This document shows, one piece after another, positions 53,846 to 64,000 of a stretch of DNA of 64,000 nucleotides (position 1 is the first letter of the stretch; the number at the start of each line of letters is the position of its first letter). This DNA comes from the human T2T-CHM13v2.0 reference genome, Homo sapiens: the NCBI RefSeq assembly GCF_009914755.1, contig NC_060930.1, one strand, 5' to 3'. The notes beneath the pieces were generated by a model, which did no database searches, had not been told where the DNA came from, and was given only the letters and a program-made list of their open reading frames with translations. A program made the translations under genes and the position numbers.

Positions 53846-56800
53846 TTAAAAATTTAACAAAACCTTATTGCTAATTTAGCACATGACCTATATTAGAGAA
53901 ACATTGCTTAATTTAGATTCTAGTGCAAGAGGCAAATGTGTTCCCAATTTCTTTAATAATGGAGAAGAGTCCAGGACTCAAATCTATGGTAAATGGTTCT
54001 CGGGTAGTTGTCTACTATGTGCATAATTTAAAAAAATTATCAAATTGTATTTAATTATGCATATTTATTGCTTTCTTTCTCTATCTTGAACTTCTGAAGA
54101 GGCAGATATACTATAGTCTTTACTAAATGTTCATTAAATAAATAAGTTTAGTTTGGGGCCAGATAGGTCTCTAAAATTTCCAATTTTATTCCACAGGCTC
54201 TTAAGGCAAATTTTTGCTCATAAGCATAAAAAAAATAAAGTAGACTACTGTATGCCAATCAAAACAACAATAGCAAAGGATCTTTCTTTAGGACAGAATA
54301 AGCCTCATCAATTCTACTTCCATGGAAAAGCTTATAGAACAGCCTTCTGCTGGAGGGGAAGTAAGCTGGCACTTTTGAAGATTAGACAATACAATCACAA
54401 AGGCTGCCGTATTGAATACTCTAGTGTATCAGACATTGAGCTAAGTGCGCTTTCATCTTCACAACTCTGTGAAGAATTTGATGCTCGAAGAAGCCAAGTA
54501 AATTCCCTAAAGCATCAAGGTTACTAAGTTGCTAAATTGGACCTCAGAGGAGCTCTGATTGGCTCTCAGCCTTCCCTGTTCCGTACTGTACAGTGACATC
54601 AGCTAGCTACAGTGAATTATTGAGTAAGGGATGCTCATATGGGATCCCTGCCTACAACACTTGTTTTCATTACTTGCTAAAATATATTTATATCTTCATT
54701 AAATGAGAGCAAGAAGAGTATTTTGTTTTTATGTGGAAAAATTAAAAGAAAATGGGAAATAATGTGGCTCTGAGATGACTTGAGAGAGTGATGGATTACA
54801 AACCAGCTCAATTCCTTGAGCTACTGAAAGAGATGAGGCAAATTACAGTGAAGGAGGTGCTTCTGGAAATAAAGAACACCCTTCTGACATCCTTAATTGA
54901 ATGCAAAAAAGTATAGATTCCCCTACCATTGAGCTTTGCTGGAATGGGTTTGAAACTGGTTGGAATGGTTTGCAAAAACTCCCTTCTCTGTGGGAGGAAC
55001 AAACATTTAACTTTCCAAAGCTCTTGGGAGTAAAATCACCAACTAGAGTTCTTCAGTTCTTGATATTTTTAAACCAATCATGTAAAAATATTTTACTGGC
55101 AAATATTCCCAGATCTTTAAAGAAACCCTACTTTATATACCTGCAAGCTCCTTTGGTTTGCAGTGTGCTTTTTTTCCTTTTCTTCAGTGGTGTATGTTAT
55201 TCAGACCTGAATCCCCAACTAGACAATCAAAGTGAGATTTATTTTTCTAACAATATCTACTATCCTACACATGGTTTTATATTAGTCCGGTAAGTATTTT
55301 GTAGTCCTTAGGGGATTTATTCTACCAAATAGCAGGTCATATTAACAAAGTATAGGAGAATTTAGGCTATACATAATTTTGGGGGATTGATTTGATCGTT
55401 ACTAAAATCTAATAACTCAGGAATGAAATTTTTGAAATTCAATCAAATAGATAGTCTAAGTATAACAAAAAGTTTACAGATTCTGTTAGATCATTCTTCC
55501 TTTGGAGGCAGTTTACTTTCCAACTCCCTACTTTTAGAACTTCATCCTATATTTTAAGGGAGCAAATTAGACTAACTCCATATATTTGACTAAAAAGTGT
55601 TTGCAGTTTCATCAGGGACACTCATAACTGGGAATACCCATTACAGTTTATTGGCATACTTTTACACAAGGACTTTGATTTGCAATGCTTTTTCATAGTT
55701 CTTGGCTCCTAATTTTAATGTAGTGCTAAGTTCAGAAATTCTTTTCTGCTATGAGATTTATTTGGTATCTTTTCAAAAGCTGGGCCCCAAAGTTGGCACT
55801 TCTGAACAAACTACCAACACTTGTAATGAGAGTATTTCTGATTATTTGTATTAGTTAAGAATTCTTTAAGATGAATGAGCTCAAAGAATATTCCATTTAT
55901 GCCTCAATTTCTGTAGTCCAATTTGGTAGAAAATGTATATTTTTAATAACAATAATTTATTAGATAATATTTTAAGAGACTTTTACCCGAAATGAATAAA
56001 TCTAGAGAAACAATATCTTCCTGCTGGCTAGCTTGCCAAAAAGCAATCTCTGGTCAGAATTCTTACTAATGGAGATTTAAAGTATGCTTTTAAGAGAAAA
56101 TTTTGGACGATAGAAAAAGAAGCTACTTTTTATGGTTGCTAGAAGTGGTGTATATCACAATGATACATCTGACAAGTAACGCACAGTCAATTAAAAAAAT
56201 CAATTCTAGTAAATTTCAAGACTATTTAAGTTCAAAATAAGCCCCCCATCCAATTTTTAAAAATACAGCCTGAGTATTTTGTGCCATTTCAGAATTTCAG
56301 CATTACTGACCTAACACCTGTTATCTTCCATAGTTTTCCAAGGGACCTGAGTAGATAGTTCTGTCATTCTCTGAGTGAATTTCAATATCACAAGTAACCT
56401 AATAAAAGTTATGTTTGCCAGAGTAAGTTTCCACAGACTAATTAAAATATTAGTCTTATTTGGTTTGGTTTGAAAAAGGAAATAATCGCATTGCACTAGC
56501 ATTGATTATATGCTCAAATCTTTGATGGTAAACAAATTTAACTGTAATATAGAGAAAGATATAGTTTATTTGTCAATTAAATTACTCAAAGAGTTTAAAT
56601 CACTTCTCTAGAGCATTTTACCAGGGAGTATTTAAATCATATTACTTCTATGATTCATTTATTAATTTAACTTAACTTCATTTATTCATTGGTTTACCCA
56701 GTGATTCATCATAAAGACCTTCACTAAGCACCTATCATATTCTCTATCCTGGGCCTACAAAGATAAATATCATATTTTCTGTAGTCTAATAGGACAAATA

Positions 56801-57228
56801 GTCCAGTAGGGTAAAGATATAGTTTAAAAAGTAATTATGATGCAATATGCTTAAGATATGTGCAAAGTGATATGGTGCCCCAAACAGGGAATGGCTGACT
56901 TTGCCTGGTGTGAGGCCAAGAAAGATGTTATAAAGGAGTTTGATTTGGATCTTCAGGATGAATAGGAATTCTGTAAGTGAACTGAGAGTGGATCTAGGGA
57001 GAGTTAATCACATGTAGTTCAAAAGATCACCAAAAGTTCAAAGAACTGAAGCAGTTCTTTGTGGTTAAAGAGCAGCCTTTGAGTGAGGAGCATATGAAAG
57101 GCACTGTTGGAATGGTGAGCAAGGGCCAGAACAAAATCCTGTCCTGAGGAGCTGGCTCTTAATCCTGGTCTTTAATTTCTGACATTTTTTGTTTCCATAA
57201 TTTTCTCTATAGTAGAGGTCGCATGTGG

Positions 57229-57690
57229 TGTAAGGCCTAAAAGTAAGGCCCAATATTGTGTGCTACCTTGACATCTGCTAGAATTGAGAGAGCCTCAAAT
57301 GGCCTAATTGCAAGTTCCCCTCTTCACTCTGCTCCTGCAGATAAGGTCCTCTAGCCAAACAACCCTCCTTATCCAACTGACCAGGTGGAATTCCTGAGTA
57401 TGCCTTAGTAATAGGTTCCAGTTCAAACAAGCCAATCATATCCTTTGGTGGAACCAGGGGTGCATTACTCTCTGGATACCCACAACCCCTGGTTGTTCCT
57501 TATTGTGACCTCCATGTGGCCCTGCATGTTTTGTGGCGTCCCCCTTCCCTGGACTGTGAGTATATGTGACTAACAAACTGTTGTGGATTTTATCTGTACA
57601 GTGTCAAGAGTTATGTAACCTTCTATCCCTGTAACACAAGGAAAGGAACCTCTCCCCCTTTAACAAGGTGAACAGGAGGTGATTGAAACA
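57229..57690 (+). mobile_element. Probable ERV solo LTR (family uncertain)
   Basis: TG...CA-bounded ~460-bp GC-elevated block (TGTAAGGCCT...GATAAGG...GATTGAAACA) resembling MER/LTR elements. Confidence 0.5.
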
Positions 57691-58875
57691 CCATGCCAGG
57701 AAAATATTAAACCATCTGAACACCAGTGAAGAGTTATTTTTATGAAATTTTCAGTTCCTGCCAATCATTTCTCATGATTAATCATAATTTTAAAGAATGA
57801 TGAAAGAAAGCACAAAATAGATTTTTGTTATGGTAAGAAAGAAGCAATATTGAATGTTTTTATTAGGTTATCATAACCAACCTTCCAAATTTTGTTATTT
57901 AATACAGAGAAGTGGATTTTGAAAACAAAATTTCCAGACAATATTTACCCTTATGAGCTATTAAAACATGGGATGGTAAAATTTTATCTTTTAAAGTCAC
58001 TTTTCTGAATTCTTAGGGTTATATCCCATGCCAAAATGGCAGTTCTAGCATCTGGACCTGGTACCTCTTGGTCAAGGCTAATAGTTCTGGATGGAGATCC
58101 CTGGTTGTTAGAAGGAGGAAAAGAGATTTTGATGAGCAATGGATTCCATGGTTTCACAGGTGGCATAACACCTTCTGTCAGGATATGTCTACCTCAGAAT
58201 GGGAATAAAGAAATGAGAAATAGGTGGCAAATCTAAATAAGAGGAGAAGGGAACCTGTAATTCTAAAAAGTTATATAATACATGACAATAGAGAACTGAA
58301 TCTTTGATTTTTTCTGTTTACAAATCTACCAGAACATATATATTCAAGCGACGATATTTCTCTTGAAAATAACTGTCTTGTGCCTACAATTGCTTATTGC
58401 ATTTTTGGTAACCTCTTTTGTAACTGTCTTCAGAACCCATGGCATATATTTTTTGTGTAACCTTTCTAGCTATAGATTTTCAAACTTTGAAAGCATATTG
58501 AAACTAGATTGCTTGAAAAACTTCCTGTTGTAAAATACCTATAATCGAGGATCAATTTAAAAATGGATTAAAAAACAAGTCAAGCCACATGAAATTGCCA
58601 TCTTGGCAAGTATTTTTCAGTTGAATACTGACAATTTTGTGTGTGTTCAACCCAGTATAAAGCTGAGCTCATAAAAAAAAGTGGGGGAAATCCCCAAGGG
58701 TCAAATACTAAAAGCAGGCTGAAATTCAGAACGTTTATCATGGTGCTGATGCTCTGGTAAGAGAGAACTGGAGTTGCATCTCCGTTAAGAATCAAGATTT
58801 TTGAATTGTTACACTCTCAGTTGCAAGAAGTATGATAAAAAAAAAAAATTTTCAAAGGGAAATGACAACCCCGCT

Positions 58876-59176
58876 TTTTAATTTTTATTGTTTTAGAGAC
58901 AGTGTCTTACTCTGTTGCCCAGGCTAGAGTGCAGTGGTGTGATCAGGGCTCACTGCAGTCTTGAACTCCTGGGCTCATCCAGCTTCCTGCCTCAGTCTTT
59001 CAAGTTTCTGAAACTACAGGTGTATGCCAACACATTCAGCTAATTTTTAAAATTTTTTATAGAGATGGGATCTCACTGTGTTGTCCAGGCTGGTCTTGAA
59101 CTCCTGGGCTCAAGTGATCCTTCTGCCTCAGCCTCCCAAAGTGCTAGGATTACAGGTGTAAGCCACTGTGAATGGC
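58876..59176 (-). mobile_element. AluJ SINE
   Basis: CACTGCAGTCTTGAACTCCTGGGCTCA; CTCCTGGGCTCAAGTGATCC. Confidence 0.9.
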
Positions 59177-59844
59177 CATAAGATTTTCTTATATCAATCT
59201 AGGCTTAGGGTAGGAAAAAATAACCTTTAGTCACGAGCCTACCCTGAGACAGGTTTGAGACTGAATTTATACAATCTCTGTGATAAAGAAAATATGTGCT
59301 GAAAATCGAAATTTGAATTAATTTAAAATTAGCTTGCCTTATTCTGCTTCTGCAAATAGAGAAGTAGCTTGTATTGGACCAACTGTTTTACAGATAACAA
59401 TGATAAACTCTGGATAAGAATATAAAAAACTATCTGAAGGTACTGAAGCATGACCAAGGCAGGTAGAAACTGCAGTAGAGTCAACGCTTGCAAGAAAAAT
59501 ATGGCACTAGGTTGGTTTCTAGATTTTATAGTTTTTCACCTTACGGGTAGTCCCTTATCTGGTCACAATGAAGTAGTGAAAATTCAGCAACAACCCAGCA
59601 GACGTATTAGATGAGGAAACAGAGAAGAGTGTAAGGTCATACAGAAACCAGAAAGTAGGGGAGAATCTGGAAAAGAGAGTGCCAAAAGGATCCCTAAATG
59701 TTGTAGATAAACTCTGCCCAAATCTCTGGATAACTATTGAATGTGCCCATTAGGCCCAGCTGAGGAGAAAACAATGGAATAGAGATTTTGGCTAGTTCCC
59801 ATCATTAGAGAGACAGAGAGTCTGAAGCCAAATTGACTGCATAA

Positions 59845-60177
59845 GCAAAAAGAACAAAGCTGGAGGCATCACACTCCCTGACTTCAAACTATACTACAAG
59901 GCCACAGTAAACAAAGCAGCATGATACTGGTACCAAAAGAGATATATAGACCAATGGAACAGAACAGAGGCCTCAGAAATAATGCCACACATCTGCAACC
60001 ATCTGATCTTCGACAAACCTGACAAAAACAAGCAATGGGGAAAGAGTTCCCTATTTAATAAATGATGTTGAGAAAACTGGCTAACCATATGCAGAAAACT
60101 GAAACTGGACCCCTTCCTTACACCTTATACAAAAATTTACTCAAGATGGATTAAACACTTAAACTTAAGACCTAAAA
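59845..60177 (+). mobile_element. L1P ORF2 internal fragment
   Basis: AAGAACAAAGCTGGAGGCATCACACT.CCTGACTTCAAACTATACTACAAGG...CTGGACCCCTTCCTTACACCTTATAC. Confidence 0.9.
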
Positions 60178-60331
60178 GAAAAATGTCTTCATGTTAAAGA
60201 ATAGCTCATCAAATACTGTAAATATTTTTTTCTTGGAATATTAATACATACAAGGCTTTCTTTGAAGATACTTTTCTACTCCAGTTGTATGACTAGAAGC
60301 CTCATATAAGAACTATTTCATCTGTCACTAG

Positions 60332-60397
60332 GCACTAGATGAACCAGCCAAGACTGAAAGTGTCTCCAAGGACAACACATTAGAACCACCAGTGGAG
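60332..60397 (+). CDS. MLIP: MLIP coding exon (ALDEPAKTESVSKDNTLEPPVE, 22 aa)
   Basis: cactAG|GCA acceptor; GAG|GTAATA donor; 66 nt. Confidence 0.9.
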
Positions 60398-60480
60398 GTA
60401 ATAACTTCAGATTACCCCTGCTTTTGGTATGCAATTCCAAAACTTATTGCTAACCCAGTACCTGGTTTCAATTCTTCCAG

Positions 60481-60564
60481 CTCTATTTTCCTGCACAGCT
60501 CAGGCAGCAAACTGAAGAGCTCTGTGCTACCATTGATAAGGTCTTACAGGATTCCTTGTCTATG
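60481..60564 (+). CDS. MLIP: MLIP coding exon (LYFPAQLRQQTEELCATIDKVLQDSLSM, 28 aa)
   Basis: Branch GCTAAC at ~60449, ttcttccAG|CTC acceptor; ATG|GTAATG donor; 84 nt. Confidence 0.92.
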
Positions 60565-60704
60565 GTAATGCTTTAGACTAGAATGTGCAATTCAAACATT
60601 TGCTTTGCTTCTCTTCATTTTCCTCTACTTTAGTATGATGCCTCACAGGCTTGTCCTTTTCTTTCCTTTTCTCTTCTTCTTTCCTTCCTTTCTTTTTTTT
60701 TCAG

Positions 60705-60764
60705 CATTCTTCTGATTCTCCTTCAAGGTCCCCAAAGACATTGTTGGGTTCTGACACAGTCAAA
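60705..60764 (+). CDS. MLIP: MLIP coding exon (HSSDSPSRSPKTLLGSDTVK, 20 aa)
   Basis: ~50-nt pyrimidine tract then tcAG|CAT; AAA|GTATGT donor; 60 nt. Confidence 0.92.
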
Positions 60765-62047
60765 GTATGTATGTATTTAATATAATTTATGGAACCATAA
60801 GATTTATTAGATCAATGATTTCCAAACTGCAAGTCAAGGTCCAATAGTGAATTGAGAAATAAATTTAGTGAATAGCAATCAGTCTTTTTTGTAGAATTTT
60901 AAAGATAGTAAATATTAGACTTGATTTCAAGTAATGTATAGGTTTTGTTGACATTTGTTTACATGTGCACATATAATGCAAGGTAAGTGTATACAGGGTT
61001 GCAAAGTAAAATCTATTTCTGTGGGTCCAGTTCAAAACAGTTTGAAAGCCAACATATTAGGCTATGTTTTTTTTTTACATTGATGTTTAGAATGTATAAT
61101 GTGTGGCTCATTCTCACTCAAATTATAGATTCAATATTATTTATGGAATTTATAGCCACTTAAAAATAGAGAAGTAAAAAATGAAGTAGACTAAAGTAAA
61201 ATTAGTGTTAAGAGCTTTAACGGAAGTATTATTTCTAGAGTTTCTTTTTCTTTTTGCTGATTGAATCTATTTCATTATTCTTTGACTCAAAGGGAAATAA
61301 AACTGGATATTTTAGATTGTTAGAGTACTACTAAACTATTAATTGTTGTAATTGAGTATGTATTTCCTTCTTATAAAATAGTTATTTTCATTTGTTAGGA
61401 TAAAATAATACATTTCTCCAAATTATTTTTTTCAAACACTTAAGCTCTACTCATCCAAATTTCAAAATGCGTATGATTTTTCCTTTATTGGTAATTGTTA
61501 GTTATTAGCTACTGATTTTTTTGGTCAGCCTTATTTATTTATTTCCTTGGAATTAGTATACTTTTTTCCTGTCCTTTCTTAAAATATGGGACACTGTGTG
61601 TCTAAAGTAATTTTCAAATGTACAGAACTACACATAACTAGAAGAGCAATCCTAATTTTCAATTGGAATATTATCAATAAATATCCATTAGTAATGACAT
61701 ATAAAACCCAGTAATCAATTATTGTCATATTAATTATATTTTAGCAGAGGACTCACAGGTGGATAATTGTAATTTCTGTATTTGAAGTCTATTTTGTTGT
61801 ATATGCTTTAAGCCTTTTAATCTAAAACTTTGATTTGTCAAATATATTATATCAATTTTAAAATATATTTTTTCATATTTCATTCATTGAACATGTAAAA
61901 GACCTGTATTATATTAAATATAATGAGAATAGGATTTAAGAAGTTGTATATGAATAGTAATCTATATTACTGGTTTCTTTAACAAATACTTAAGGCTTAC
62001 GGTGTTAAAAAACCCAGTATTTTAGGCCACTACATTTAAGGCAATTT

Positions 62048-63020
62048 TTCATTCAACAGGTATTTATTAAGCACCTACCATAAGTCTGGTGCAGCAAGGC
62101 ACTAGGAACATAAGCAAGGCTGAGTAACCTAAGGTATAAGCTTTGAATGTAGTGATCAAGGGGTAGAATTCAAGCTGAGACCCAAAGATGGAAAAGAACC
62201 AGCCACAGAAATTTTGATCAGGAATAATAGCTTTCAGGTAGAGAAACAGGCATGTGTAAATTTCCTGAAGCATGAAAGAGCTTAGTGTGTATGAAAATAA
62301 AGAAGTTAGCCAATGAGCTTACTGTCCACTGAGCTAGGGATGAACAGTGCAAATGATGTTGAGAAACTGGGTTAAGCACTGTGATTTAAACCCTTATTTG
62401 CCATGGCATGAAGCTTGGATTCCAAAGAAAATGGGGAGACATAAAACCATGGTGGGAATAATATGAAACCGTAGAAGATGAAAAATATGGCTGCTGTGAG
62501 GAGGCTGCTGCAGTCAGGGAAACAGTCAGTGATGGTGGTCTGGATAGGGTGGGTTCAGAAGAGCTAGAGAAGCATGACGGTTTGAGGCTTGCCAAGAGTT
62601 TGGGTGCGGGTAGTGAAGGAGAGAGAATACTGCAGGTCTCTGTTTTGAGGATAGACAACAGTGAAGGAAGAGCTGTATAGTGGCAGGCAGAGGGTTATGT
62701 CAATTTTAGACAAGGATGAGTTTGAAGTGCTTATCAAGAAAGCTTAAACCTGTGTGTTTGAAGCTGATCAGAGATATTTGAGGGTCATTGGCACATAGAC
62801 ACCGTGAGCGTCCTGTACAGAGTTCCAAGGAACATAACATCACAGGTCTGACAAAGGAGGTGGAGATGAGCAAATGAGAATGAAAAGGCTTTTATGGTGA
62901 GGAAAATCAGAGCAATGTGATATCATGGAAGCTATAAGAAGAGAGTGTTTGCGAATATAATTGTGTTGATTGCGGCCAAGGGTCAGAGAAAGATAAGTCT
63001 AAAGAAGTGTTTATTAGATT
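62048..63020 (-). mobile_element. L2 fragment
   Basis: TTCATTCAACAGGTATTTATTAAGCACCTAC...GATGGTGGTCTGGATAGGGT... Confidence 0.65.
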
Positions 63021-63029
63021 TGACTTGTA

Positions 63030-64000
63030 TATTTTGAAACCATATTGCTGGTGCTTATGTGTTGGCATTCATTCTCGTTTTTGAGTTTTTAGAAGCTTTA
63101 TCAGCATATATAATCATTTCTTAACTTAAGGTTTTTCTCTTGAGTATTAAAATAGTGACTTTATATTTATAATTTCTAATTCTTGTTTTCCTAGATGTAT
63201 CTTTTACTGCTACTTTCCTTTTTTTCATACCCTTTTGTCTAATTTTCTCAGAGCAGCATATTTCTGCATATAATTTTTACATTCAATTAGATTCTATTTA
63301 CCAGGGACTTTAAGCCATTTATAATTATTGCAATTCTTGTTATGTTAGGGTGAATTTTTGCTATCTTATTTCATGTTTTCTATTTAAAATGTTTTTATTT
63401 CTCTTGTTTTTTTCTGCTTTCCTTAGGCAATTTTGATATTTACTAGTTTGAACATTTTGAAAATTTTACTTTATACCTTGTTACTTCTGGTAGTTACATA
63501 TACATTATTAAAGACAATTATTATGCTTAATTTTGTATCAATTTTAAAACATGTAAATGCCTTTTCCCACAATTTTGTAAGTACTATAGCACTTTTCACT
63601 TTCTACTTGTTTTTAATCAACCTGTATATACAAACACAAGCACATACATATACAATTTATTAGTATTGTTTTGAACTTTATGTCTGAACACTTCTTTATC
63701 TTTCCTTTGTTTGGATACTTATTTCTGATTTAGATCCTTATTTTGCACACATTCAAAGCTTTTTCCTGGATTTATTGTTTTTCCTGTTGGAATCTTGCTT
63801 CAAGTTGTATAAAGCAAGATCTTTTTGTGTAGATTTTGTGAACTCTGTTCATGATAACATCTTTATTTTGTCTTTTCATTTAAATTATAGTTTTGCTGCG
63901 AATAAAATTGTAGGTACTCTTTCTTCAACATTTTCCCCCAGGCTTCTTTGTCTTCAACAACATACTTACGAAGTATTTTGTCAGCATGATACTTGGTCCT
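63030..64000 (-). mobile_element. Old L1 (L1M) antisense fragment
   Basis: T-rich; TTTAAGCCATTTATAATTATTGCAAT..., ATCTTTATTTTGTCTTTTCATTTAAATTATAGTTTTGCTG..AATAAAATTGTAGGT. Confidence 0.55.

Noticed and set aside
54153-55293. 124- and 130-aa ORFs in intron
   Set aside because: No recognisable homology, atypical composition and no supporting exon structure

Overview
AT-rich primate (most likely human) genomic DNA covering the middle of MLIP (muscular LMNA-interacting protein, C6orf142/CIP) on the + strand. I reconstructed eight consecutive coding exons from GT-AG boundaries and continuous translation: 11458-11553 (ATG-bearing alternative first exon), 21398-21553, 24425-24817, 36668-38239 (1572-nt Ser/Pro-rich exon), 49017-49088, 60332-60397, 60481-60564 and 60705-60764. 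Together they give 833 codons, and the gene continues past the window. The rest is intron filled with Alu, L1, L2, MIR, LTR (THE1, MLT1, LTR16-like) and hAT DNA-transposon remnants. Repeat subfamily names and boundaries are by-eye estimates. I see no prokaryote-type system, RNA gene or convincing novel protein-coding gene. The most interesting signals are regulatory or structural: every junction is phase 0, three tandem RBFOX motifs follow the giant exon's donor, a start-stop element and an overlapping uORF sit at the start codon, and the giant exon has a candidate SxIP motif. There is also a perfect 40-bp inverted repeat, a (GGAA)15 array near the promoter, inverted Alu pairs, and an ~80-bp local sequence copied into an L2.
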